Shown here: piece by piece, positions 1 to 9,395 of the stretch
Numbering within the stretch: the stretch's first letter is position 1
How the letters are laid out: each line of letters begins with the position of its first letter
DNA from: an uncultured Candidatus Saccharibacteria bacterium
Lineage (GTDB): Bacteria; Patescibacteriota; Minisyncoccia; Phycocordibacterales; UBA5272
Direction of reading: 5' to 3'
Assembly (NCBI GenBank): GCA_964464695.1
Contig: CAYXKW010000003.1
Location: 10,577 to 74,576, forward strand
Length of the DNA: 64,000 bases
Program-made: the position numbers and the translations under genes
Notes under the pieces: generated by a model
What the model was told of the DNA's origin: nothing
The model's input: the letters and a program-made list of their open reading frames with translations, nothing else
Database searches by the model: none

Positions 1-212
1 ATGAAAAAGGCTGGTTACATGGCAGTGAACAAATCCTGACGAACCTCGCTGAATCAACAACTACCTCATACATTGGAGGAGGTGATACAGTTACGGTTGC
101 TCACAAGCTCGGATTACTTCAAAAATTTAATTTTGTGTCTTTAGGTGGCGGAGCAATGCTTGATTTCTTGTCATCTGGTACACTACCAGGTATAGATGCT
201 GTCACAAAATAA
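1..212 (+). CDS. pgk: phosphoglycerate kinase, 3' end only (partial; starts upstream of window)
   Basis: Frame ending at TAA 210-212 translates to ...SYIGGGDTVTVAHKLGLLQKFNFVSLGGGAMLDFLSSGTLPGIDAVTK*. This matches the conserved PGK C-terminus (GGGDT...S.GGGA.LEFLEGK.LPG). Confidence 0.6.
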   Translation, partial: EKGWLHGSEQILTNLAESTTTSYIGGGDTVTVAHKLGLLQKFNFVSLGGGAMLDFLSSGTLPGIDAVTK

Positions 213-789
213 TTCCTCATCTGTTATAGTAAGTACAGGGGATCATGTAGCGTTAAAAAAGCTTATTTTACAAGCAAAGGCCGGGGACACCGATTCTTTC
301 GGAAAACTTTACCAAGCGCTCTATGTTCCCCTCTATAGATACGTCATCTCTAAATGTCATGACACGGAACTTGCTGTAGATATAAGTCAGCAGACATTTC
401 TTAAGTTTTATGAGGCACTTGCAACATATGAACCAGAAAAGTCACCACTTGCATATCTCTTTACGATTGCAAAAAGACTGCTAATTAATCACAGTGAGAA
501 GAAGACGTTTGAATCTTTTGACGAAACTCTCTTAGAGACCTACAACGATACATCTTCAACAATTCTTGATGAAGCTCATATCAAAAATCTCGCTGAAACA
601 ATAGACACATATCTTCCTTCACTAACAAGTGATGAACAAGAAGTTATACGATTATTTTTCTACTCAGAGTTAAGTTACAAGGAAATTAGTGACGTATTAG
701 AAAAAGAAGAGGCGTACATTCGAAAAATAAAAGAACGTGCGCTCAAAAAACTTCGCATTCTTACAACACATCTCCATGAAACAAACTAA
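196..789 (+). CDS. RNA polymerase sigma-70 factor, ECF subfamily
   Basis: 197-aa ORF with ECF region 2 (LILQAKAGDTDSFGKLYQALYVPLYRYV...) and region 4 HTH (ELSYKEISDVLEKEEAYIRKIKERALKKLR). The start is uncertain because it overlaps the pgk stop by 17 nt. Confidence 0.75.
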   Translation: MLSQNNSSSVIVSTGDHVALKKLILQAKAGDTDSFGKLYQALYVPLYRYVISKCHDTELAVDISQQTFLKFYEALATYEPEKSPLAYLFTIAKRLLINHSEKKTFESFDETLLETYNDTSSTILDEAHIKNLAETIDTYLPSLTSDEQEVIRLFFYSELSYKEISDVLEKEEAYIRKIKERALKKLRILTTHLHETN

Positions 790-1135
790 CTCCCAACCAC
801 AGTCACATATTGAAAAAGCCTTGTCCATGTATAAGGAGAACGTATCGCCGTCAGAAACCTATTTTCAAGCAATACTTTCTCAAATACCAGAGCAACAAAA
901 ACTTAAAGAGGGACGTGCGGTACGTTCCCCGTATAGATGGTTGGCAATTTCACAAATGGTTACCCTCACTGCTGTTATTCTTGCAGTTCTACCTACCTAC
1001 ATTACCCCAACATCAAAAGATGCAGTAGTAAATTCGAGTAATCCATATTATGAGGTAGACAAGCAGATTGAGGCTTTTGAGTCTGCGATTAATAATGAGG
1101 ACTACCAAAATCACCTTAAAGATTACTCTCTTTAA
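776..1135 (+). CDS. putative anti-sigma factor (single-pass membrane protein) co-transcribed with the ECF sigma
   Basis: Start MKQTN overlaps the sigma-factor stop, a typical sigma/anti-sigma overlap. One hydrophobic segment (WLAISQMVTLTAVILAVLP). No recognisable catalytic domain. Confidence 0.4.
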   Translation: MKQTNSQPQSHIEKALSMYKENVSPSETYFQAILSQIPEQQKLKEGRAVRSPYRWLAISQMVTLTAVILAVLPTYITPTSKDAVVNSSNPYYEVDKQIEAFESAINNEDYQNHLKDYSL

Positions 1136-1190
1136 CCTATACCTCATTATATGAGGTATACTCAATAGGACATATATCTTCCACAATTTT

Positions 1191-1841
1191 ATGAAAAAAA
1201 CGACACTCACACTCCTCCTCCTTGCTTCATGCGCACTCCCAGCTATTTCATTTGCTGAGGATGTATCACTAGCACCACAAACCTCTGGAACGGTAACCAC
1301 CTACAGTACTTCAACGGGTAAATCTTTTACGGTATACGGTACTTCCACCCTAGAAATAGAAACAACATACAGTACATCTACTGTAAAATCTTTTACTCTT
1401 TGTTCACAGGAGTCAATTGAAAAACGTGATTCTTCTATTGCTGCTTCTCGGTCAATTTATAATATTGCAATGAACAATGCGCTTACCGAAAGAAAGAACA
1501 AGGAGAAGGAAGCTGTTGCTTTAATTGATATTGATGAGAAAAATGATGCTATCAAGCTTTCTGTTGATACGTACAAACGACAAACAAAGGATGCTCAAAA
1601 TGAGCTTACCGAGGCACGAAAAATTACTTGGGCAAAGTTTGATACTGATGTAAGTACATGTCGTGATATGGAACAAAATCAGTTAACCCAAGAACAAACT
1701 CTTTCTAAAGAGTCCCCAAAAGCTGAATCAAGAATGTTAATGAGCGAACCTGCTTCAAAAGAAATGAAGGCACCAGAAGCAAAGACTTTTCGAGAAACAA
1801 TCAAAATAAAAATAGAAAGTTTTATTTCTTTATTTAATTAA
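1191..1841 (+). CDS. secreted hypothetical protein (signal peptide, short TYSTST.KSFT repeats, charged coiled-coil C-terminus)
   Basis: N-terminal signal peptide MKKTTLTLLLLASCALPAISFA. Repeated TVTTYSTSTGKSFTVYGTST / TTYSTSTVKSFTL. K/E-rich tail. Confidence 0.5.
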   Translation: MKKTTLTLLLLASCALPAISFAEDVSLAPQTSGTVTTYSTSTGKSFTVYGTSTLEIETTYSTSTVKSFTLCSQESIEKRDSSIAASRSIYNIAMNNALTERKNKEKEAVALIDIDEKNDAIKLSVDTYKRQTKDAQNELTEARKITWAKFDTDVSTCRDMEQNQLTQEQTLSKESPKAESRMLMSEPASKEMKAPEAKTFRETIKIKIESFISLFN

Positions 1842-1845
1842 AATT

Positions 1846-1881
1846 AAAATCCCTTCTGAAATAGAAGGGATTTTAATTTTT
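1846..1881. terminator. bidirectional rho-independent terminator hairpin between convergent genes
   Basis: aaaatcccttc-tgaaata-gaagggatttt perfect stem with A/T runs on both sides. Confidence 0.6.
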
Positions 1882-2647
1882 AAATGATGCACTCAACGAC
1901 AACCGGCGCATGATCACTCCCTAAGAAATCATCCATAATGGCAGCCTTTGAATACGCACCCGAAAGCGCTTTACTTACAAATATATAATCAATTCTCCAA
2001 CCAACATTTCTTGCTCGAGCTCCACTTTTTTGATCCCACCAACTGTACCTAACTTCATCTTTATGACCTGTACGAAATGTATCAATATATCCTGCTTCGA
2101 TTACTCTATCAACCCAAGCACGCTCAACAGGGAGGAAACCAATCTGCTTTGCGTTTTCTTTAGGACGAGCAATATCAATTTCACGATGTGCCACATTTAA
2201 GTCGCCGCAAAAAATAACTCTTGTGTGTTTTTTCTCCAACATCTTTACGTATGCTAAAAATTTGTCATAGTACCGAAGTTTGAATTGAAAGTGTTCTTCG
2301 TCTCGTCCTCCGTTTGGGAAATATGCAGTTACAAATGCGAAATCCTTGTAGATGAGCGTTAAGCATCTTCCTTCGCTATCATATTCATCTTCTCCTAGTC
2401 CATAATAGACTTCTTCTGGTTTTACTTTTGTGTACACAGCAACACCAGAGTATCCTTTACGCTCCTTTGAACTATCAAAATATGAAAAATATCCAGCAGG
2501 GGAAATGATTTCTTCTGTTAATTGATCAGGGGTAGATTTTGTTTCTTGAATACCGACAATATCTGCATCACACTTGAGAAGTTCTTGAAATGCGCCTTTT
2601 TTATGAGATGCTCGAATTCCATTTACATTAAAAGAGATTATTTTCAT
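1880..2647 (-). CDS. xth: exodeoxyribonuclease III (AP endonuclease family)
   Basis: MKIISFNVNGIRA...DIVGIQETK...FCGDLNVAH...WWDQ...GWRIDY...LGSDHAPV are canonical ExoIII motifs. The track ORF extends 33 codons upstream. The internal ATG at 2645-2647 gives the conserved N-terminus. Confidence 0.85.
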   Translation of the reverse strand: MKIISFNVNGIRASHKKGAFQELLKCDADIVGIQETKSTPDQLTEEIISPAGYFSYFDSSKERKGYSGVAVYTKVKPEEVYYGLGEDEYDSEGRCLTLIYKDFAFVTAYFPNGGRDEEHFQFKLRYYDKFLAYVKMLEKKHTRVIFCGDLNVAHREIDIARPKENAKQIGFLPVERAWVDRVIEAGYIDTFRTGHKDEVRYSWWDQKSGARARNVGWRIDYIFVSKALSGAYSKAAIMDDFLGSDHAPVVVECII

Positions 2648-2742
2648 ATAGTACCCAGTATAGCAAACACATAATTCAATAGTATAAAAAATAAAACCAG
2701 CTAGACATCTCTGTCTGCTGGTAAAAATGCACACCTGGTAAC

Positions 2743-3021
2743 TCAAGAAGAGTTGTCAGCTTTTGGAAGTGAAACATTCCTCCCTGGCACAACTGTCGAA
2801 ATTGCATGCTTATACACCATCTGTGTCACCTGATTTTTCAGCAACACAACGTACTGGTCAAAAGACTCAATCTGACCTTGAAGCTTGATGCCATTCGCCA
2901 AGTAAATTGAGACTGGGATGTTTTCCCTCCGCAAAGCATTCAAAAATGGATCTTGTAAAGGATTTTGTTTGTTTCCTGCTTTGCTTGCTGGTTTGTTTTC
3001 CAATGTAGCTGTAGCGGTCAT
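2743..3021 (-). CDS. hfq: RNA chaperone Hfq
   Basis: Sm1/Sm2 core [57 protein letters not shown] is near-identical to canonical Hfq, with a short N-terminal extension. Confidence 0.85.
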   Translation of the reverse strand: MTATATLENKPASKAGNKQNPLQDPFLNALRRENIPVSIYLANGIKLQGQIESFDQYVVLLKNQVTQMVYKHAISTVVPGRNVSLPKADNSS

Positions 3022-3161
3022 GATGACCTCCCTGTAAAAGTGCTGCTTCGGCGGACGCCTAGCTTACCATAACACTAGTACATATGGATGGATATGTCAA
3101 TACATTCAACAAAAAAGACCCATTATTCCTGGATCTTTTTCGCTACAGATTTTAGGTTTTT

Positions 3162-5228
3162 CTACTGCTCTTCGCTTGTTGTCACTCGTATTATTTTTGT
3201 CTCTTTATTCCCACCTCCACAGTCGTACGTAATATCGGTAGTGTAGGGGATAGCAAGAGTCTTCTTTCCAAGAGCTAACCAATCGGTATCAAAGTGTCCT
3301 GGTGCAACTGTCTTAATTGCAGTCATAATCAGACGGGAGGTCGCAGAATCATTATCATCGGTCTTTTGTGTTTGCAGAATTGAATTGATATTTGTCTGCG
3401 ATGCAACCTGATCAGCTGAACAAGCATTATTTGGACAAACTGACTTTGCGGAAAGTGTACAAGCGTTCGTTGGGAATTTTGTACTCCAAGTGAGTGTTAC
3501 TTTTCCGTTCTTGGCAATTGTAATCGGGGAGATTGTAAGTGAAACTTTTGCTGGAGGTGGTGTAGCATTGTAAAAGCGTACAACTTGGTCCTCCACAGAC
3601 CCATGAATACATTTAATAATATAGTTATCTTCAGTCGATATGTTATTTATAGTTATTGGACCAGAGTAGGGGGTGCTTGGCACAACCACAACACTTCCAC
3701 CACTTCGTGTCACACCATATGATGTTGCTCCGTTACACACCAAATCAATGCTTCCTGGTGGGTAGTATGGTTTTTTCACAACTGCACTTACTACTTGAGG
3801 ATTAGCACACACATTATTAACAGCGTCCCAACTTCCTGCCGTACAAGATGCAGTAACCGTTTTACTATCAAGAAGTGCTCCGTTGTTGTACAAGTAATAG
3901 GATTGTGTCGCTGGACCTCTAACGGTAAGTGATGAAGGCCCTCCTGAGTTTGCATTATATAAGATAGTATTTGCTGCAGGAATGTTAGTAGTGACAGCTG
4001 AAGTACCGCGAGGATTTGCAGTTGACCATGTTGTAGATACGGAACACGTAGTTGCTCCAACAGCTATCTGACAACTTAGCGGACTAATATTCAATGAGCC
4101 AGATGGTAGTGGCTTTGACTCTGCGCAAAGAACACTAGACCCACCACCGGAACCATTACACCACCATTCATATGCATAATAATTTGGAGCTGCACCATTT
4201 GGATAATCAGCAGTTGCTCCAACTGTTCCTGAAGAACATCCATAGTGAACGGCCTGACATGAACCATTTACTACAGGCGTTCCATTTCCACCGCTACCAT
4301 TTCCGCCGTTACCGTCAGCACTACCCCCACCAGTTCCCACATTATTACCAGATCCATCAGACACATTTCCACCAGAACCATCACCTAGATCTGGACCAGA
4401 ACTACCTCCACCTCCATCACTACCACCGCCTGATCCTCCTCCTCCAGCATCATCATCAACCCCGGCATACGCAGTATCGACTAATAGATTAAGAAGGGAT
4501 GACTTCGCACTTCCATTTATAATTTTGATTCCGTTTGCAAGATTAATCATGTTCTCGCTGGTTGCAGATCCTTTAGTGACTGGGTCACTTATGGTAACCC
4601 AATTTGTTACATCAGATTGCTTTCCAATATAGAAAATATAGTATATGGCTGTAAAAGTTTTTCCACCTTCAACGGTAATTGCACATGAAAATGCACGCGA
4701 ACTAAAGCCTGCATCTACCGTCACCGCAATACCAGTGTGATTATCACAGACTGAAGTAAACTTCTTATTTGCTCCAAAATACAAATGAACTAAGTCAGCG
4801 GCCACCTTAAGGGAGAAGGTTGTATTATCAAGATTTTTGTCTTTCCATCCAACACGAATATACGGCTTATCCTGAATGGTATTATTACAAAAACTACCAT
4901 ACACACCGCCATTTTTTGCCTCAGCTGGTGAGCGCATAAATTCTGGATAACATGTAATTCCAGTAAAATTTTCTTTAGGGATATCTAAAGAAAATCCATA
5001 CTTCTCAAATACATGAGTAAATCCAGAAACTGGTGAAGCTGGCACTGTTGTTACAGCAGGCGTGTTCATTTTATCTGCCTCCTTTTTTTGAACAACTGAC
5101 GAATACAATGTAAACACCCCTACAATTCCTGTAATAATAATCACGCCAATAAAAAATACTAAAACTTTTTTGTTTATACCAAAAAATTCCCCTTGTGTGG
5201 TGTCGTTCATAATGTACTTATTATACAC
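3162..5228 (-). CDS. large surface/secreted hypothetical protein: N-terminal TM anchor, conserved about 190-aa domain, Gly/Ser/Asp/Asn low-complexity linker, Cys-rich C-terminal region
   Basis: TM segment VLVFFIGVIIITGIVGVFTLY. Poly-Gly stretch DDDAGGGGSGGGSDGGGGSSGPDLGDGSGG... (nt about 4283-4478). Many Cys. The N-domain is paralogous to ORF 5329-5970. Confidence 0.6.
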   Translation of the reverse strand: MYNKYIMNDTTQGEFFGINKKVLVFFIGVIIITGIVGVFTLYSSVVQKKEADKMNTPAVTTVPASPVSGFTHVFEKYGFSLDIPKENFTGITCYPEFMRSPAEAKNGGVYGSFCNNTIQDKPYIRVGWKDKNLDNTTFSLKVAADLVHLYFGANKKFTSVCDNHTGIAVTVDAGFSSRAFSCAITVEGGKTFTAIYYIFYIGKQSDVTNWVTISDPVTKGSATSENMINLANGIKIINGSAKSSLLNLLVDTAYAGVDDDAGGGGSGGGSDGGGGSSGPDLGDGSGGNVSDGSGNNVGTGGGSADGNGGNGSGGNGTPVVNGSCQAVHYGCSSGTVGATADYPNGAAPNYYAYEWWCNGSGGGSSVLCAESKPLPSGSLNISPLSCQIAVGATTCSVSTTWSTANPRGTSAVTTNIPAANTILYNANSGGPSSLTVRGPATQSYYLYNNGALLDSKTVTASCTAGSWDAVNNVCANPQVVSAVVKKPYYPPGSIDLVCNGATSYGVTRSGGSVVVVPSTPYSGPITINNISTEDNYIIKCIHGSVEDQVVRFYNATPPPAKVSLTISPITIAKNGKVTLTWSTKFPTNACTLSAKSVCPNNACSADQVASQTNINSILQTQKTDDNDSATSRLIMTAIKTVAPGHFDTDWLALGKKTLAIPYTTDITYDCGGGNKETKIIRVTTSEEQ

Positions 5229-5328
5229 TCTGGTTAACAGTAAGTTTCAAGTTCTTATCCACCTCTAACATAAATAAGAAAAAGCCGAGCTACACAAGTA
5301 ACAAGGCTTTTTTTATGCTCAGATACAT

Positions 5329-5970
5329 TTAATCCTGGGCTTTTATTTTTCGTATTCCTTTTGCAATCTCTACCATTTTATCGACGGTAGCAGTACCGGG
5401 ATTATTGGAATCACTGATAGTAACCCAGTGAACGACATTTTTAGGAGTTTTGCTAATAGCAAAGAGGTAGTAGAGTATCTTAAACGACTTACCACCTTCG
5501 ACATGCACATCACACGAAAATGCTGTTGACTTAAAGTCTTGACCCTCTGGGTAAAAATGTGAGCCGACCGCAAACTCAATTCCAGTTCTGTTATTGCAAA
5601 CGAACTTGAACTTCTTTACTTCATTGTTGTAACTGATCCAAACAATGTTCCGAGTCATCCAAAGGGATAAGTCAGTATTGTTGTCAGCTCTCACACTCCA
5701 CCCTACCTGAACAAACAGATCACTATTGACCCGATTCTTACACAGGGTTCCAAAGGTCCTTGCCGCTGTTGGCTCAGGCGGTGAGTCGACGAGATTTTTT
5801 TCACAATACAAAGTTGGGACACTTGGTGCATCAAGCACGAAGTTATTTTTTGGAAATTCGTGTGTTGTTTCACCGGCTATGCTCTGTGGCACAGCAAAGA
5901 AACACCCAATCACGAAAATAATTACACTAACCATCTCCATGATTAAACTCCTGTTTAAAAGGAAACACAC
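5329..5970 (-). CDS. secreted hypothetical protein, paralog of the N-terminal domain of ORF 3162-5228
   Basis: Signal/TM N-terminus. Alignable blocks FKFVCNNRTGIEFAV..FSCDVHVEGGKSFKILYYLFAISK..VHWVTISD vs FTSVCDNHTGIAVTV..FSCAITVEGGKTFTAIYYIFYIGK..TNWVTISD. Confidence 0.55.
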   Translation of the reverse strand: MCFLLNRSLIMEMVSVIIFVIGCFFAVPQSIAGETTHEFPKNNFVLDAPSVPTLYCEKNLVDSPPEPTAARTFGTLCKNRVNSDLFVQVGWSVRADNNTDLSLWMTRNIVWISYNNEVKKFKFVCNNRTGIEFAVGSHFYPEGQDFKSTAFSCDVHVEGGKSFKILYYLFAISKTPKNVVHWVTISDSNNPGTATVDKMVEIAKGIRKIKAQD

Positions 5971-6065
5971 TGGGAACTCTGCTATTTATTATACACTATA
6001 TATTGCGTATTTGTCAAGATTTAATTTTACACAAAACTGTCGTTTTATACGCTATACTTTTATAA

Positions 6066-7286
6066 ATGTCTAAATGTATCGAGGTAAAAAAAATTACACG
6101 ATGTGCTCTTATTAAATGGAAGTATCTTGTTATAGCACTTACCTGTGTTATATTTTTTCAATTTCTAACGGAACCCAGAATTCCAGGTATTCTACTATAT
6201 CTAGTTCGACATACTCACGCAAATGGTGCATATGATTATGTGTATTATCCAAAAGACGATTTTAGTGGTTATTCCTATAATTTAATTAGGCATTCTGCAA
6301 CAACTTATGTACTAGCATCGTATCTACATGAGCACCCAATCTACACAAAACTATTCATACACCGTGTCCGGGAATCACTTACATTCCTTGATAGATATCA
6401 AGTACCTTGCGCTCCTAAAATACAAAATTCTCCAATGTGTCTCGTTATTAGCTCGGACCCTCCAACACTTGCTGCAAACGCTTTTACAATTATGGCATTC
6501 CATGCAGTTACACAGTTGCATGGAATTACCGAAGATGAAAAGAAAAGCAATCTCCAAAAAATGATCATGCTTGAAAAATATCTCTCGGCATCTTTTCAAA
6601 AAAATAAGCTCGTCTTTCCTCCACTCACAGACCCAGTTAGTAAACGATATCAGGAAGGACAAGTACTCCTTGCGTGGAGTGTTCTCTACAAAGCAACTGG
6701 TGATATATCATACTTACAAAAGGCGCAGCATCTACGAGATGATATTCTTACTCGACTTACTAATGAGCATGATTATATATTACACCATTGGTTCTGGTTA
6801 GGTTTACAAGAGTATCATCTTATAACAGGTGATTCACTTTCTCAAGAAGAGTTTGAATATCTTACTCGGGCTGCAAATCAAGCACTGTCACTGCAAATTA
6901 ATGAAAAAAACAACCTTCTCTACGGAACGTTCACTAAAGAAAATTCAAAAATAATAAGAACAGATTCATCAGATGAGACAGATGATCCATTAGATCCCTC
7001 CTCATTCTCCGTACGAATCGAAGGATTTGGAACTCTCCTTTCGTTACTTTCATTTAATTCTAATAAAACATGTGCTCCAACTGAACTATGTAGAAATCTC
7101 AAAGAGGGAATACACCTAGCGGCTAAACCATTTTATTCAGCACAAATAAACTTCTTAGATATATTACATGGTTTTTCTTTAAAATCATTTGGCGGGATTC
7201 CCGCGCGACAAAAAGATTCTATGATACAAATTGATTACCTACAACACGCACTCTCAGCATATTTAGTTATTCAAAAATATAAATGA
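6066..7286 (+). CDS. hypothetical protein with N-terminal membrane anchor
   Basis: 406-aa ORF, hydrophobic N-terminus (YLVIALTCVIFFQF). No domain I can name from sequence. Confidence 0.45.
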   Translation: MSKCIEVKKITRCALIKWKYLVIALTCVIFFQFLTEPRIPGILLYLVRHTHANGAYDYVYYPKDDFSGYSYNLIRHSATTYVLASYLHEHPIYTKLFIHRVRESLTFLDRYQVPCAPKIQNSPMCLVISSDPPTLAANAFTIMAFHAVTQLHGITEDEKKSNLQKMIMLEKYLSASFQKNKLVFPPLTDPVSKRYQEGQVLLAWSVLYKATGDISYLQKAQHLRDDILTRLTNEHDYILHHWFWLGLQEYHLITGDSLSQEEFEYLTRAANQALSLQINEKNNLLYGTFTKENSKIIRTDSSDETDDPLDPSSFSVRIEGFGTLLSLLSFNSNKTCAPTELCRNLKEGIHLAAKPFYSAQINFLDILHGFSLKSFGGIPARQKDSMIQIDYLQHALSAYLVIQKYK

Positions 7287-7296
7287 TCTCAAAAAT

Positions 7297-8256
7297 TTAC
7301 ACATCATTCTTTCCTTTCTTCCCGTGGAACTTCTCGAATTGATCACGAAGAAACTTATTCGTAACATTCGTATAAATTTGTGTAGTTGCAATTGACGCAT
7401 GTCCAAGCATAAGCTGTACAGTACGGAGGTCAGCTCCATTATACAAAAGATCTGTTGCAAATGAGTGGCGTAAAACGTGAGGCGTACATTTCTTCGCAAT
7501 TCCGGCACGTTCTGCATATTTTTGCACTACACGCTCAACAGAACGAGGAGTGAGTCTCACTGATTCTTCCTTTACCATTCGAGCATGGGCACGAGGAGAG
7601 TGGTCGATAAACATTGCTTCATCAATATCAACTCTATTTTTCAAATATTTCTGAACAGCCATAAGTGCACCACCCGAAACGAACACAACACGTATCTTGC
7701 CTCCTTTTCCACGCACAGATATTTCACCAGTTCCTAATTCTGTGTCTCTATCTAATGAACACAACTCTGACACTCGAAGTCCTGTTGAGAAAAATAACTC
7801 GAGCATCGCCTTATCACGAAGACCCGCAATTGTTGATTCGTCCGGTGCTGCCAAAAGGTTCATAAGCTCTCGCTCAGATATCAAATCAAGCTCACGTTGT
7901 TGTGTCTTTGCTAACTCAATTCTTTCTGGATCATATCCTTGGATGCCTTTTTTACGAATATATTTAAAAAATGCTCGAAGTGCAATTAAATGATAGTTTT
8001 GTGTTTTCTTGTCCAATGTTTCTTGGACCTGCCCTCGCTTTGCCTCACGCGCTGGATGACGATTAAGGAAAACACGGTACTCTCGCATCATTGGCTCATT
8101 AATATCAGTCGGGGATTCAATACCGGAATGCTTATTAGCAAAGTCTAAAAAACGCGTAAGATAGTGATCGTAATTACGAACAGTGAGAGCACTACGACCT
8201 TTTTCGATTTCAATATACTGAAGGAAATCTTGCTTGAGTGTAAAAAGGGAGGACAT
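7297..8256 (-). CDS. xerC: tyrosine site-specific recombinase, XerC/XerD family
   Basis: N-terminal core-binding domain (LTVRNYDHYLTRFLDF). C-terminal catalytic RHRY region (GLRVSEL..., HVLRHSFATDLLYNGADLRTVQLMLGHASIATTQIYTNV). The track ORF has a 136-codon spurious N-terminal extension. ATG at 8254-8256 gives a 320-aa protein. Confidence 0.8.
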   Translation of the reverse strand: MSSLFTLKQDFLQYIEIEKGRSALTVRNYDHYLTRFLDFANKHSGIESPTDINEPMMREYRVFLNRHPAREAKRGQVQETLDKKTQNYHLIALRAFFKYIRKKGIQGYDPERIELAKTQQRELDLISERELMNLLAAPDESTIAGLRDKAMLELFFSTGLRVSELCSLDRDTELGTGEISVRGKGGKIRVVFVSGGALMAVQKYLKNRVDIDEAMFIDHSPRAHARMVKEESVRLTPRSVERVVQKYAERAGIAKKCTPHVLRHSFATDLLYNGADLRTVQLMLGHASIATTQIYTNVTNKFLRDQFEKFHGKKGKNDV

Positions 8257-8383
8257 AGTGGGCAATGACGAAGGAGTAGACCTCCAGTATATACCAACGT
8301 CGTACAATATTATGTGGAGAATGACTATATATGTATAGATAGGGGATATACTACCTAATAGTAGTACTTTATAGGAGTTTGGT

Positions 8384-8770
8384 GTGCGGAAACTATTCAG
8401 GTGGATTCTTTTTTCTTGTGGGACACTCTTCACACTTATCGGAATAGTGGGGATTTTTATACCGTTACTTCCAACGGTTCCATTTATCATTCTTGCGTCA
8501 ATTTGTTTCGCAAAAAGCTCACCCAAAGCATATGAATGGCTTATAACCAATTCATACACAGGTGAAACAGTGCGACATTTTGAAAAAACGAGGCGAGTGG
8601 TGATTCCAACAAAAATAAAAATTATCGTGATCAGCTCTCTAGTCTTAAGCTCGTATGTGATCATTCAGAGGCAAAACAATGAACTTTTGATATTTTTGCT
8701 CATTTCGATACTATTTTTGGTTGGATGTTACATTCTTTCAAGACCAAATAGTGCCAAAAACCAAAAATAA
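8384..8770 (+). CDS. small inner-membrane protein, DUF454/YbaN-like
   Basis: LIGIVGIFIPLLPTVPFIILASICFAKSSPKAYEWL matches the YbaN/DUF454 pattern. Two TM helices. Confidence 0.55.
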   Translation: MRKLFRWILFSCGTLFTLIGIVGIFIPLLPTVPFIILASICFAKSSPKAYEWLITNSYTGETVRHFEKTRRVVIPTKIKIIVISSLVLSSYVIIQRQNNELLIFLLISILFLVGCYILSRPNSAKNQK

Positions 8771-8792
8771 AGAGTATTTTTTAACTTCATAA

Positions 8793-8817
8793 CCACGCCT
8801 ACAGCGTGGTTATCTTA
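8793..8817 (+). terminator. terminator hairpin after DUF454 gene
   Basis: ataaccacgc-ctaca-gcgtggttat followed by a T-containing tract. Confidence 0.5.
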
Positions 8818-8871
8818 TGTTTATCGGTTTATATACAAAAAAACCATTATACAAAGAGGTCCGGGGTGGGG

Positions 8872-8900
8872 TTGCAATTTTATAAAATGTGTGCTATACT
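8872..8900 (+). promoter_or_regulatory. candidate sigma70 promoter of rpsO (TTGCAA -35, 17-nt spacer, TGcTATACT extended -10)
   Basis: Hexamers read directly, about 30 nt upstream of the rpsO ATG. Confidence 0.4.
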
Positions 8901-8929
8901 ATGTCAATAGTTACTAAATACTACTTTAT

Positions 8930-9193
8930 ATGCTTACTCCTCGAAAAAAGGCAACAGCCATCAAAAACGTTCAAATTCATGCTACAGATACAGGATCTCC
9001 TGAGGTTCAAGTATCTATTTTAAGCAAGAAAATCACTGAACTCACTGGACATCTCAAGGTCCATGCAAAGGATAACCACTCACGACGTGGTCTTATCCAA
9101 ATGGTAGCTGATCGCCGTGTACATCTTAAGTATCTCGAAGCAACTAACAAAAAGCGATACACTGCTTTAGTTACCAAGCTCGGACTTAAGTAA
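8930..9193 (+). CDS. rpsO: 30S ribosomal protein S15
   Basis: 87 aa. ...LTGHLKVHAKDNHSRRGLIQMVADRRVHLKYL... is canonical S15. Confidence 0.9.
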   Translation: MLTPRKKATAIKNVQIHATDTGSPEVQVSILSKKITELTGHLKVHAKDNHSRRGLIQMVADRRVHLKYLEATNKKRYTALVTKLGLK

Positions 9194-9210
9194 TAAACAT
9201 TTTTTTACAA

Positions 9211-9241
9211 GATAAGCGCCACCCTACGGGTGGCGCTTATC
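9211..9241 (+). terminator. strong GC hairpin after rpsO (terminator or processing hairpin; no U-tract on the plus strand)
   Basis: gataagcgccaccc-tac-gggtggcgcttatc, a 14-bp perfect stem. Confidence 0.5.
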
Positions 9242-9395
9242 TACAGAAATAAAGCGGAGTTACATCTTTGTGCAGTATACTAACTATAGTTTTTCATTTT
9301 TAATATTTAATTAATCAATTTTGGTTATTTGTATTCACACAGCATTAAGCAATATCAGCTAGTGCCTCAGGTTACAATATACCGACTATCTATAT

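Noticed and set aside
810-1028. 72-aa ORF in alternate frame inside the anti-sigma gene, and minus-strand ORF 1013-1300
   Set aside because: They overlap better-supported ORFs. Arg/Lys-rich low-complexity translations typical of off-frame AT-rich sequence.
4172-4492. 106-aa His/Gln-rich plus-strand ORF
   Set aside because: Antisense reading of the poly-Gly linker (GGN codons give NCC/His-rich antisense). It lies inside the supported minus-strand gene 3162-5228.
7297-8664. Track version of the recombinase ORF (455 aa) with 136 extra N-terminal codons
   Set aside because: The extension is hydrophobic low-complexity read-through of the intergenic region, and it overlaps the divergent DUF454 gene promoter region. 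The conserved XerC N-terminus starts at the internal ATG 8254-8256.
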